Shown here one piece after another: positions 8,929 through 18,932 of a DNA stretch of 64,000 bases. The notes beneath the pieces are model-generated. The model ran no database searches, was not told the DNA's origin, and was given only the letters and a program-made list of their open reading frames with translations. Source of the DNA: a virus; IMG/VR virus record IMGVR_UViG_3300020530_000006. One strand, 5' to 3'. A program made the position numbers and the translations under genes. The first letter of the stretch is position 1; every line of letters begins with the position of its first letter.

Positions 8929-9572
8929 ACAATACCATAGACCATATCTATATATGCCATTACTCCAAGTTAGTTGAAAGAAGACCATTTATACAGAATC
9001 AACTTGATAAATTTCGACTATCTGAAGATCTATATACATTTATAGAAAATTATGATAAAAATATTCTAGACATAGAAGAAATTAAAAAAGAATATCCTCT
9101 AATTTTTAATTTAACTAAAAGAGATAGAAGATATTTAAGATTATCTGAGATATCTTTGGCTCTCAAACATTGTCATATTATAAAAGATGCAATAAATAAA
9201 AACTATAACACAATCTTAATTCTAGAAGATGATGCTATACTAGATAATAATTTTTTTGATAAATATGTAGAATATGCCAAAGAATTACCAGAAAATTGGG
9301 ATATATTTTGGTTAGGAGGTTGTTGTGGATTACGGAGTAATAATATTTTACAAGATAAACATGTTTATCAAGTATCCGCATCACGTTGTTGTCATTGTTA
9401 TGCTATAAAAAAATCTGGTCTACAAATACTTAAAAATACTATTAACGATATTGATGAAGCTATTGATTGGTATTTTAATGATATAATACTTAAGCTTAAC
9501 TTAAATTCTTACTGGTGTGAACCACCAATATGTGAACAAAATTCATTGTTTGAAAGCACAGTACAATTATGA
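8925..9572 (+). CDS. glycosyltransferase family 25
   Basis: EISLALKH, ILILEDDA, LPENWDIFWLG, AIDW. Confidence 0.85.
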   Translation: MNNTIDHIYICHYSKLVERRPFIQNQLDKFRLSEDLYTFIENYDKNILDIEEIKKEYPLIFNLTKRDRRYLRLSEISLALKHCHIIKDAINKNYNTILILEDDAILDNNFFDKYVEYAKELPENWDIFWLGGCCGLRSNNILQDKHVYQVSASRCCHCYAIKKSGLQILKNTINDIDEAIDWYFNDIILKLNLNSYWCEPPICEQNSLFESTVQL

Positions 9573-10420
9573 ATATTTCTTTTTCTGATTTTTGGGATGG
9601 CTTCGATCCTAACAATAATTTTTTTCGAGATCTCATTTTATCTATTGATAATTCATATAGTTTTATCCCATTCTCTAACGATACCGATATTTTAATCTAT
9701 TCTTGTTTTGGTAAGTTACATAGTAACGCTAATACAAGAGTGAAAAAAATATTTTATACTGGAGAAAATTTACGACCCAACTATAATGATTGTCAATATA
9801 GTTTAACTTTCGATTTTGACTCATACAATGGTAAAAATATCAGATTGCCATTATGGATATTACAGATTGACTGGTTCAGTAAAACAAACTATACTAATCC
9901 ACAATATGTTATTCCACTAGAATATATTAAGACCAATCCATTAACAAGAAAAAATAAAGATAAATTTTGTTGTATCGTGTTTAATAGTAGATCACCACAT
10001 AGATGGGAAATAATAGAAAAACTTGGAAAATATAAAAAAGTCGATTGCTACGGAAAACCCTTTGGAAATTGGTTTTATGGAGAAGACAACAAATTAAAAA
10101 CTATATCAGATTATAAATTTAACATATGTTTTGAAAACTCTATATCTCCAGGATACTATACTGAAAAAATGATTCACGCAAAAACTGCTGGATGTCTACC
10201 TCTATATTGGGCAGATAATAATTGCCATAAAGACTTTAATCCTAGATCGTTTTTAAATCTTTATGATTTTGGTAGTTTAGATGATTTTATTGAAAAAATT
10301 ATTTATTTAGATCAAAATGATTCTGAATATAAGAGAATCACATCCGAATATTTATTTGCAAACAAAGAGCCGACCCTCGATAATCTCAAAATACAACTTA
10401 GAAATATTTTATGTCAATAA
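9569..10420 (+). CDS. alpha-1,3-fucosyltransferase-like (GT10)
   Basis: FYTGEN, RLPLW, YKFNICFENSISPGYYTEK, PLYW. Confidence 0.9.
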   Translation: MNISFSDFWDGFDPNNNFFRDLILSIDNSYSFIPFSNDTDILIYSCFGKLHSNANTRVKKIFYTGENLRPNYNDCQYSLTFDFDSYNGKNIRLPLWILQIDWFSKTNYTNPQYVIPLEYIKTNPLTRKNKDKFCCIVFNSRSPHRWEIIEKLGKYKKVDCYGKPFGNWFYGEDNKLKTISDYKFNICFENSISPGYYTEKMIHAKTAGCLPLYWADNNCHKDFNPRSFLNLYDFGSLDDFIEKIIYLDQNDSEYKRITSEYLFANKEPTLDNLKIQLRNILCQ

Positions 10421-10977
10421 CAAAAATAAAACATATTCCTGGCCAGTATCCGGACGGAGATGCCTTCAAATATAACTATATTAAATCTGTAAGAGATAAA
10501 TTTAATTGTAATTGTTTTGTAGAATTTGGTACACACAAAGGAGATTCTGTTATATTTTTATATGATTATTTTGATAAAATTATTACAATAGAACCAGTAA
10601 AAAAGTATTATGAAATATCTAAAGCTAAATTTTTGAATATAGATGTATCTAAGAAGATAGAAATTTTAAATATAAAATCTATAAACTTTATCGAACAATC
10701 ATTATCAAAAATAACCAACTTTAAAACATTGTTCTGGATAGACTCTCATATACAACCGCCATATACAGAAAATGCCTCGAACGATTTATATAAAGAAATT
10801 TTACTTATATATAGTTTAATGGAAAAAAATCAATATATTTTACTCATTGACGACTATAGGCTTTGGTCAAATTTTTGTAATAAAAATTCTTTAATAGATT
10901 TATTAGAAAAAAAATCTATCGAATTAATAGAAAGTTCAGATATGGTAATTTCAGTTCCATCAAACTATATATACTAG
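10411..10977 (+). CDS. class I SAM-dependent methyltransferase
   Basis: FVEFGTHKG, ITIE, FWIDSH, ILLIDD. Confidence 0.75.
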   Translation: MSITKIKHIPGQYPDGDAFKYNYIKSVRDKFNCNCFVEFGTHKGDSVIFLYDYFDKIITIEPVKKYYEISKAKFLNIDVSKKIEILNIKSINFIEQSLSKITNFKTLFWIDSHIQPPYTENASNDLYKEILLIYSLMEKNQYILLIDDYRLWSNFCNKNSLIDLLEKKSIELIESSDMVISVPSNYIY

Positions 10978-10978
10978 T

Positions 10979-12046
10979 ATGAAAATAGCATTTTGTAAAT
11001 TTGCCGGAATGGGTAATGGAGGAATAGAGAAGTATTTACAAACAATAGCCTTAATATATCACAAAGAACACAATGTAGATTATTACTACACAAATGCAGC
11101 CCCATTTCCTTGTCAATCTTGGCAGCACCCCGACAATGATGAACAACGAATTAAATTATTTGAAGACAACGGTATCAATCTTATAAAGATACAGGTTGGA
11201 TATAGAATTAAAAATGATTGGTATAATACAAATTTTACCGACCTGTTTGATGAAAATAAATACGATTATTTAATTACTGCGGGGAATGGAGAGACAGAAT
11301 ATCCATATAAAACACTTAAAAAAATACCTATCATACATACTGTTCATGGCGATCATGTTTTTGATCAATCTAATGTTAAGTATTATGTTTTATTATGTGA
11401 TTGGCAAGCAAAAAGATGGATTCAAAATGGTGGCGATGCGTCACGACTTATAATTGTTCCTCCCGTCGTTTATGTTCCAAAATTATGGAATAAAAATTTT
11501 AGAGAAACAATAGGAATTCCAAATGATGCTTTTGTATATGGATTACATCAAAGAGGAGATAATTCTATAAGTTCAACAATCAGTCTAGAAGCATTTAGCC
11601 AGATACAATCTCCTAAAACTTATTATGTGATAATGGGTGGTGGAGAAGCACACAGAAATTATGTCAGAGACAATAATATTAAAAATGTGATCTTTATTGA
11701 TCAGTCATCTTGTATTTATACCATACATTCATTTCTGGATTCAATAGATGTTTATGCTCATTGTAGATTAGATGGAGAGGTTTGTTCCGCTTCTATAATA
11801 GAGGCAATGTCTCATAATACTCCAATAATATCTTATCCAGGAATAAATATGGGACACGAAGAACAATTACATGGATGTGGAAAGATGGCTTTTTCTGTGG
11901 AAGAGTATAAAAATGAAATGATTGCCTTACAGGACTCCAATTACTATAATAGTATGTCTCAAAAAATAAACGAAAAGTATAATAGTGTTTACAATTACCA
12001 AATAGTCGAAGCAAAAATAAAAAATTTAATCAATGGCAACAATTAA
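10979..12046 (+). CDS. glycosyltransferase family 4 (GT-B)
   Basis: GGIEK N-terminus; DVYAH..GEVCSASIIEAMSHNTPII. Confidence 0.85.
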   Translation: MKIAFCKFAGMGNGGIEKYLQTIALIYHKEHNVDYYYTNAAPFPCQSWQHPDNDEQRIKLFEDNGINLIKIQVGYRIKNDWYNTNFTDLFDENKYDYLITAGNGETEYPYKTLKKIPIIHTVHGDHVFDQSNVKYYVLLCDWQAKRWIQNGGDASRLIIVPPVVYVPKLWNKNFRETIGIPNDAFVYGLHQRGDNSISSTISLEAFSQIQSPKTYYVIMGGGEAHRNYVRDNNIKNVIFIDQSSCIYTIHSFLDSIDVYAHCRLDGEVCSASIIEAMSHNTPIISYPGINMGHEEQLHGCGKMAFSVEEYKNEMIALQDSNYYNSMSQKINEKYNSVYNYQIVEAKIKNLINGNN

Positions 12047-12593
12047 CCAATATTTAGACGACATAAAGTTTATTTGTGATTCTCTCGATAAAACACAAAT
12101 ACAGAAATTTATAGATACTATAAAAAATATCTCACCAAAAGGCAGACTATTTATTGTTGGTGTTGGCGGTAGTGCCGCTAACGCCTCTCATGCTGTCAAT
12201 GATTTTCGAAAAATTTTGAGTATAGAAACATATACTCCAACAGACAATGTTTCTGAATTAACAGCAAGAATTAATGATGAGTCCTGGGAAGATGCCTATA
12301 AAAACTGGCTTAAGATTAGTAAACTCTGTAAAGAAGATATTTTAATTATTCTTTCTGTTGGTGGTGGCTCTATAAAAACTTCCTATAATTTAGTCAAGTC
12401 TATACAATACGCCTGGGAACAAGGATGCAAAATTTTATCAATAGTCAGTAGAGACGGCGGATACTCTCTTCCAAACTCTCATGCCTGCATAAAAATACCA
12501 TGTATTGATGATGATACGATAACCCCTCACGCAGAAGAATGGCAGGGAATCATTCTTCATATGGTAGTACATATTTTAAGTCAAACAAAATGA
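12033..12593 (+). CDS. gmhA: sedoheptulose-7-phosphate isomerase (SIS domain)
   Basis: GVGGSAANASHAVND, LTARIND, LSVGGG, E..Q..ILH. Confidence 0.85.
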   Translation: MATINQYLDDIKFICDSLDKTQIQKFIDTIKNISPKGRLFIVGVGGSAANASHAVNDFRKILSIETYTPTDNVSELTARINDESWEDAYKNWLKISKLCKEDILIILSVGGGSIKTSYNLVKSIQYAWEQGCKILSIVSRDGGYSLPNSHACIKIPCIDDDTITPHAEEWQGIILHMVVHILSQTK

Positions 12594-13285
12594 AAATATC
12601 TATATATTATGATGGTTCAAATGAACTAGAAATATTAAGTTATAACAACACTAATATAATTTCTGGTTTTACTACAAATCCATCTCTTATGAGACAAGCA
12701 GGGGTCGTAGAATATTCGGAATTCATACAATCTGTTACAAAATATGTCAAAGATAAGCCAATATCTTTTGAGGTTTGCGCAGACGATATAGATGAAATGT
12801 ATAGGCAGGCAAAAATTATTGCGTCGTATGGTAAAAATATATATGTAAAAATTCCTGTTGTAAATACAAAAAATCAATCTACCAAAAATTTGATTAAAAA
12901 ATTATTAGATGACAATATTATGATAAATATAACTGCTGTTATGACACAAAATCAAATAGAATCTTTATTACCTTATATACAAAATACAACTAATGTTATT
13001 GTTTCCATTTTTGCTGGCAGAATGTGCGATACTGGCTATCATCCGAAAAGCATAACTAAGTTTGCTAAAGAAAATTTACCACAAAATGCTAAAATTTTAT
13101 GGGCAAGCACAAGAGAAGTATACAATATCTATGAAGCAAGTGAGCTTGGTTATGATATAATAACGGTCACAGAACCTATACTTAAAAAATTTATGACTTT
13201 ACAAAATAAAAATCTTGACGAATTTTCATTGGAAACTGTAAAAATGTTCTATAACGACGCTATTGCGTCTAACTATACTTTATGA
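12590..13285 (+). CDS. talC: transaldolase (TalC/FSA family)
   Basis: GFTTNPSL, YVKIP (Schiff-base Lys), INITAV, SIFAGR, LWASTRE. Confidence 0.9.
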   Translation: MKISIYYDGSNELEILSYNNTNIISGFTTNPSLMRQAGVVEYSEFIQSVTKYVKDKPISFEVCADDIDEMYRQAKIIASYGKNIYVKIPVVNTKNQSTKNLIKKLLDDNIMINITAVMTQNQIESLLPYIQNTTNVIVSIFAGRMCDTGYHPKSITKFAKENLPQNAKILWASTREVYNIYEASELGYDIITVTEPILKKFMTLQNKNLDEFSLETVKMFYNDAIASNYTL

Positions 13286-14256
13286 TAATATCTCGCACAC
13301 CACTTAGAGTTACGTTGGCTGGCGGAGGAACAGACCTTCCAGAATTTTATTCACGATTTGGTGGTTCGGTAGTTTCTATGGCCATAGATAAATATATCTA
13401 TATTCATTTTAAAAGAAATATACTAGATAATTTTGTCAGATTAAGGTATTTACAAAATGAAGAAGTTACTAATTCAAATAAATTATCTAATGAAAGAGCA
13501 AGATGTGTATTACAAAAATTTAAAATCTATAATAAATGCGAAATCATAAGTGTCGGAGATCTTCCTTCTAATACGGGACTAGGATCTTCTGGTAGTTATT
13601 TAGTTGGCTTAATTAATGCTATACAAAAATATTCTAATCTAAATATGTCTAAACAAGAGATTGCCGAATTAGCTTGTGATTTAGAAATAAATACTTTGGG
13701 AGAACCAGTCGGCAAACAAGACCAGTATATTGCATCTTATGGACATGTTTATAAATTTGATATAGATACTAGTGGAAATGTGTTCCCATCTAAAGTAAAT
13801 ATTTCAAATATTGATGAATTAATAGAAAATACAAGAATATACTATACCGGTATACAAAGAAGCGCTTCAGAAATTTTACACGATCAAAAAAAAGACCATC
13901 AAAAATTTAATTCTAATTTACAAAAAATACATGATATTGGTCTTGAAATGCTTGACACATTAATAAACAATAATTTTGATGACTATGGGTTTTTATTAAA
14001 TGATTATTGGAGATACAAAAAATCTTTGTCGGCTAGTGTTTCCAATAATGTTGTAGATAGTATATATGATGATCTTATCGAAAGAAAACTAATCTTAGGA
14101 GGAAAGATAATTGGGGCTGGCGGAGGAGGATTTCTGCTCGTATATGCTCCAAAAAATAGACATAAGTTTTTAGATAAACAAATGGAAAGCATAGGATATC
14201 CAAGACTGGATTATGGAATAGATATTTATGGGACAAGTATCGTATATGAACAATAA
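13282..14256 (+). CDS. hddA: D-glycero-alpha-D-manno-heptose-7-phosphate kinase (GHMP family)
   Basis: SRTPLRVTLAGGGTD, PSNTGLGSSG, GKQDQY, GGKIIGAGGGGF. Confidence 0.88.
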   Translation: MIISRTPLRVTLAGGGTDLPEFYSRFGGSVVSMAIDKYIYIHFKRNILDNFVRLRYLQNEEVTNSNKLSNERARCVLQKFKIYNKCEIISVGDLPSNTGLGSSGSYLVGLINAIQKYSNLNMSKQEIAELACDLEINTLGEPVGKQDQYIASYGHVYKFDIDTSGNVFPSKVNISNIDELIENTRIYYTGIQRSASEILHDQKKDHQKFNSNLQKIHDIGLEMLDTLINNNFDDYGFLLNDYWRYKKSLSASVSNNVVDSIYDDLIERKLILGGKIIGAGGGGFLLVYAPKNRHKFLDKQMESIGYPRLDYGIDIYGTSIVYEQ

Positions 14257-14965
14257 GGTTTATTGTTTTGATTTAGATGGCACATTATGCTCTCTATCAT
14301 CTAAAGATTATTCTACAGCAATACCAATTTTGGAAGCTATAAAAGAAGTTAATAGATTATACGATCTTGGTAACACTATAAAAATTTTTACGGCAAGAGG
14401 AACAACGTCGAAAATAGATTATACGATGTTGACTCAAGAACAACTTAAAACCTGGAAACTAAAATATCATGAATTAATAATGAACACAAAACCATCATTT
14501 GATATTTTCATAGACGATAGAGCTATTAATGCTTATGATTGGAGAAAAAATATCACATCGGTCAAAGGTTTTATTTCTGGTAATTTCGATATTATACATC
14601 CTGGATACATATTACTATTTATGGAAGCAAAACAACATTGTAATCATCTTATTATTGGACTTCATGAAGACCCATCTATAGAAAGACCACATAAGGATAA
14701 ACCAGTACAATCGTTGGAAGAAAGAAAATTAATTTTATCTTCCATCAAATACATAGACGATGTAGTAGTATATAAAACAGAAGAAGATCTTAAAGATATA
14801 TTAATTGATCATAAAATTAATCTTATGGTATTAAGCGACGAGTATAAAAATACTAAATATACAGGACACGATTTAGCTATACCAGTACATTTTCATAAAA
14901 GAGATCATGAATATAGCTCATCCAAACTTAAAAAACAAATAGCGGAGTCTATAAAATGCAAATAA
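14246..14965 (+). CDS. fusion of HAD phosphatase and cytidylyltransferase-like nucleotidyltransferase
   Basis: N-half DLDGT, FTARG, KP..D.FIDD; C-half GNFDIIHPGY, KPVQSLEER, SSSKLK. Confidence 0.85.
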   Translation: MNNKVYCFDLDGTLCSLSSKDYSTAIPILEAIKEVNRLYDLGNTIKIFTARGTTSKIDYTMLTQEQLKTWKLKYHELIMNTKPSFDIFIDDRAINAYDWRKNITSVKGFISGNFDIIHPGYILLFMEAKQHCNHLIIGLHEDPSIERPHKDKPVQSLEERKLILSSIKYIDDVVVYKTEEDLKDILIDHKINLMVLSDEYKNTKYTGHDLAIPVHFHKRDHEYSSSKLKKQIAESIKCK

Positions 14966-15873
14966 AAACAGCGATTGTTACTGGTGGTTGTGGTTTTATT
15001 GGAAGCCATCTTGTTGATAGGCTTGTTTCTATGAATATTGAAACAACTGTAATAGATAATCTATCCGCAACATCAAATGAGAGATTTTACTATAACGATT
15101 TTGCAAAATATCATAATATAGATATTTGTGATCATGACAGTTTAGAGCCAATATTCGAAAGAAATATCGATATTGTTTTTCATCTAGCCGCCGAATCAAG
15201 AATAGGCCCGACAATAATAAATCCAAGCAAAGCCGTAAAAACAAACATTCTTGGAACCCAAAACATTCTAGAGTTGTCAAAAAAATATAATATCAAAAAA
15301 ATAATTTATTCGTCAACATCAGCATATTATGGATTAAAAAATACTCCACCTCTATCAGAAGATATGGAACGAGACTGTTTAAATCCATATACTCTCACCA
15401 AGATAGCCGGTGAAGATTTGTGTGTATTATACAATAATTTTTATGAGTTGCCAACAATATCTCTAAGATATTTTAATGTTTACGGAGACAGATCGCCCAC
15501 TAGCGGACCATATGCTCCGGTTCTAGGGTTGTTTATTGATGCGTTTAATAATAAAAAACCAATGACTATAGTTGGAGATGGATCTCAAAGTAGAGATTTT
15601 ATACACGTAAATGATGTTGTTGAGGCAAATATCTTCGCAGCAATAACAGAAAATAAAAAAACTTTTGGACAAACATTCAATGTTGGTTCTGGAAAAAATT
15701 ATTCGATCATTAGTATTGCCAAAATGATAGGCGGTGACTATAATTTTATTGACCCAAGAGCCGGTGAAGCAAAAGACACACTATCAAACAACGAAAAAAT
15801 ATACAACCTTTTAGGATGGAAGCCTTCTAAAGATATAATAGACTATATTAAGGAAAAAATTAATGTCAATTGA
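14956..15873 (+). CDS. NAD-dependent sugar epimerase/dehydratase
   Basis: VTGGCGFIGSH, YTLTK (YxxxK), LRYFNVYG, RDFIHV. Confidence 0.92.
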   Translation: MQIKTAIVTGGCGFIGSHLVDRLVSMNIETTVIDNLSATSNERFYYNDFAKYHNIDICDHDSLEPIFERNIDIVFHLAAESRIGPTIINPSKAVKTNILGTQNILELSKKYNIKKIIYSSTSAYYGLKNTPPLSEDMERDCLNPYTLTKIAGEDLCVLYNNFYELPTISLRYFNVYGDRSPTSGPYAPVLGLFIDAFNNKKPMTIVGDGSQSRDFIHVNDVVEANIFAAITENKKTFGQTFNVGSGKNYSIISIAKMIGGDYNFIDPRAGEAKDTLSNNEKIYNLLGWKPSKDIIDYIKEKINVN

Positions 15874-16555
15874 ATTAGAAAAAAAAATAGACGAAATCTT
15901 ATTCGAAGTTAAAAATACTGCCAAAAGAGTAGGTGTTATAGATTATCACAAAACATACCTCACACACTGTTGCAAAGAGATTAGTGTTGATGGATTATGG
16001 CTAGAATTTGGTGTTTATAGGGGTCGGAGTATAACTGCCATTTCTGAATTTACCAAAAATATTGTTTATGGATTTGATAGTTTTGAGGGATTACCAGAGT
16101 TTTGGGATCAACAAAATCCTAAAGGAGTTTTTAATCTTGGTGGTATTATTCCAGAAGGAGCTATTTGCGGAAATAATGATGACAATCCTGGAATGTATAA
16201 TTCTAGTCCTACAAAAACAACACAGCCTTGGAGACCAAATATAAAATTAATCAAGGGTTATTTCGAGAATACTCTTCCAGAATTTCTTAATGATCATACA
16301 GAAAAAGTCGCTTTTGTTCATATAGATAGCGATATATATAGTTCAGCTAGAACCGTACTAACTCTTCTTAAAGATAGATTTCAAAATAATACTATATTGG
16401 CTTTTGATGAACTAACAGATTATCCTGATTTTAGAAACCATGAAATAAAAGCTTTTGCAGAATTTTTGCTTGAGACCGGTTATAAATATGAGGCAATATT
16501 TCACCAGTGCCTAGGTCAATACACACAATCCTGCTTTAAGATATTGTTGTCATAA
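15863..16555 (+). CDS. TylF/MycF-like O-methyltransferase
   Basis: LEFGVYRG, GFDSFEGLP, GYFENTL, HIDSDIY, FDE. Confidence 0.85.
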   Translation: MSIELEKKIDEILFEVKNTAKRVGVIDYHKTYLTHCCKEISVDGLWLEFGVYRGRSITAISEFTKNIVYGFDSFEGLPEFWDQQNPKGVFNLGGIIPEGAICGNNDDNPGMYNSSPTKTTQPWRPNIKLIKGYFENTLPEFLNDHTEKVAFVHIDSDIYSSARTVLTLLKDRFQNNTILAFDELTDYPDFRNHEIKAFAEFLLETGYKYEAIFHQCLGQYTQSCFKILLS

Positions 16556-16563
16556 AATTAATA

Positions 16564-17304
16564 ATGAAAAATTATAAATGTTCAATATTTTGTAGCTTCT
16601 ATAAAGGTGAAAAATTTATAGAAGGATATCTTGAGGATGTTCTGAAACAAACAGTCTTCAATGACGTAGAATTTGTCTTTTTGGATTGTGATTCGCCAGA
16701 AAACGAAAAAGAATACATACTTCCATTAATAAAAAAATATGATAATATCCTTTATCACAAACTAGAAAAAGACCCAGGGTTATATCAAGCTTGGAATATA
16801 GCAATAAAACTATGTTCATCTCCAATCATAGGAAACTGGAACATTGATGATAGAAAGTCAATTAATAGTATAGATATATTATTAAAAAGATTCGATAAAA
16901 AACCAAGTCTAGATGTCTGCTATGGAATTACTTACGTTTCACGAATAGCAAATGAAAAATATGAAGATAATGAATATAATCTTATTTACCCCTGTACTCA
17001 ACATTCTCTTATTAATCTATTAAATAATAATTCGCCACACTGTATGCCATTGTGGAAAAAAAGTCTTCATGATCGGTTTGGATATTTTGATGAATCATAT
17101 ATTTCTGCGGCAGATGGAGAATTTTGGTTAAGGTGTGCATTTGGTGGAGCAAAATTAGAAATGATTAATCACCCAATAGGTTTGTACTACGAAAACCCAA
17201 CGGGTAGATCTACGAATCCAGAACATTTAGCCAAATGTCTTGAAGAGGTTAGACGCAGTAGAGAACCATATATTAAATTATTATATAATAATAATGTTCA
17301 ATAG
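16564..17304 (+). CDS. glycosyltransferase family 2
   Basis: GLYQAWN, WNIDD, GYFDE..SAADGEFWLR. Confidence 0.85.
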   Translation: MKNYKCSIFCSFYKGEKFIEGYLEDVLKQTVFNDVEFVFLDCDSPENEKEYILPLIKKYDNILYHKLEKDPGLYQAWNIAIKLCSSPIIGNWNIDDRKSINSIDILLKRFDKKPSLDVCYGITYVSRIANEKYEDNEYNLIYPCTQHSLINLLNNNSPHCMPLWKKSLHDRFGYFDESYISAADGEFWLRCAFGGAKLEMINHPIGLYYENPTGRSTNPEHLAKCLEEVRRSREPYIKLLYNNNVQ

Positions 17305-17836
17305 ACTAAATAATCAAAGAGTGTATTTAGCCGGTGCTATGGATAGAGTTGTAGATAGAGGCAACGGTTGGAGAAATAATATAACTCCATTCCTAGAAGA
17401 TTTAGGAATAGTAGTTTTTAATCCAATAAAAAAACCGACAATAGTTGGCCAAGAGGATGAGCAAACTCATAAGTATAAGTTAAAACTTAAACAAGAAATG
17501 AATTACGATGAACTTTCTAGTGTTATGAAAGTAATTCGTTCTGTTGATCTTAGATTAGTAGATATCAGTGATTTTTTAATTGTTAATCTGGATTTGGATA
17601 TTCATCCTTGTGGTACATATGAAGAAATTTTTTGGGCAAACCGTCAGAAAAAACCTATTATAGTACATATGGTTCAAGGTAAACAAAAAGCTCCGGATTG
17701 GTTGTTCGGAACTATACCACATCAAATGATATTCTCATCATGGGATGATGTTAAAATTTATTTATTACAAATACATAACGACAAAGAAATTAAAACCTAC
17801 AACAGATGGTACTTTTTCAATGCAAAAAATAATTAA
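17294..17836 (+). CDS. nucleoside 2-deoxyribosyltransferase / nucleotide N-hydrolase-like protein
   Basis: VYLAGAM, WR, FNP, DLRLVDISD, GTYEE. Confidence 0.75.
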   Translation: MFNRLNNQRVYLAGAMDRVVDRGNGWRNNITPFLEDLGIVVFNPIKKPTIVGQEDEQTHKYKLKLKQEMNYDELSSVMKVIRSVDLRLVDISDFLIVNLDLDIHPCGTYEEIFWANRQKKPIIVHMVQGKQKAPDWLFGTIPHQMIFSSWDDVKIYLLQIHNDKEIKTYNRWYFFNAKNN

Positions 17837-18932
17837 CGAAACTAAATTAGATTTTGATGATGTTCTGATTCGTCCTAAACGATCAACATTAAATAGCAGA
17901 TCCGAAGTAAATTTGATTAGAACTTTTAAATTTGCTCACAGCCCTAGAGAACTAAATTGTGTACCACTAATGGTAGCAAATATGGACACTGTTGGAACGA
18001 TACCTATGGGTAGATCGTTATCTATACATCAGTCTATTACTTGTTTACATAAACACTATGACGAGGATGTACTAGTCAATCTGTTTGTTAAACCCACCGA
18101 CTATTTTTGGTATTCGACTGGCACATCTAAAAAAGATATCGAGAAACTAGAGCGTGTTTTTAATACTATAAAACATAGTCAAGGATATATTCCAAACGTT
18201 TGTCTAGATGTAGCCAACGGATACACTGAACAATTTGTAAAAACAGCATCTCATATTCGTAAACTATATCCAGAAATTATTCTAATGGCTGGAAATGTCG
18301 TAACTCCAGAAATGACAGAAGAATTAATTATTCATGGCAAAGTTGATATAGTCAAGGTTGGTGTAGGATCAGGCAGTGTTTGTACTACTCGTTTAAAAAC
18401 TGGCGTGGGATACCCTCAATTGAGTGCGGTAATGGAATGTGCGGACGCTGCTCATGGTCTTGGTGGACACATTTGTTCTGACGGAGGCTGTAAAGTAGTC
18501 GGAGACATTTGTAAGGCTTTTGGTGGTAATGCTGATTTTGTAATGTTGGGTAGTATGTTTGCTGGTGCTGATGAGTGCGAAGGAGAATGGAAATATGAAT
18601 GGAAAATGAGAAGTGGTGGATGGCAACCTTTCGATCCACAATCTCCTGATGTTGAAAAACGCAAAGTATCATTACAATACTATGGCATGAGTAGCAAAAA
18701 TGCTATGGATAAACACCATGATGGAGTGGCAAACTACAGAACAGCAGAAGGCAAATGTGTTACTGTTTCATATAAGGGTCATGCAATAGATATTTTGCAA
18801 GATGTCTATGGAGGTCTACGCAGTGCCTGCACATATGTTGGAGCAAATAAAATCAAAGACTTTGGTAAAAAAACAACATTCATACAAGTTAATAATACTC
18901 ACAATAAGGTATACGAAAATGCAAAAACTTAA
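17820..18932 (+). CDS. guaC: GMP reductase
   Basis: KLDFDDVLIRPKRSTL, ANMDTVGT, DVANGY, GSVCTTRLKTGVGYPQLSA, YGMSS. Confidence 0.93.
   Translation: MQKIINETKLDFDDVLIRPKRSTLNSRSEVNLIRTFKFAHSPRELNCVPLMVANMDTVGTIPMGRSLSIHQSITCLHKHYDEDVLVNLFVKPTDYFWYSTGTSKKDIEKLERVFNTIKHSQGYIPNVCLDVANGYTEQFVKTASHIRKLYPEIILMAGNVVTPEMTEELIIHGKVDIVKVGVGSGSVCTTRLKTGVGYPQLSAVMECADAAHGLGGHICSDGGCKVVGDICKAFGGNADFVMLGSMFAGADECEGEWKYEWKMRSGGWQPFDPQSPDVEKRKVSLQYYGMSSKNAMDKHHDGVANYRTAEGKCVTVSYKGHAIDILQDVYGGLRSACTYVGANKIKDFGKKTTFIQVNNTHNKVYENAKT

Noticed and set aside
17745-18918. Long upstream extensions in the ORF track (guaC 17745, GT4 18802; likewise talC 12539 and primase 40586)
   Set aside because: Downstream ATGs give typical short overlaps and match family N-termini
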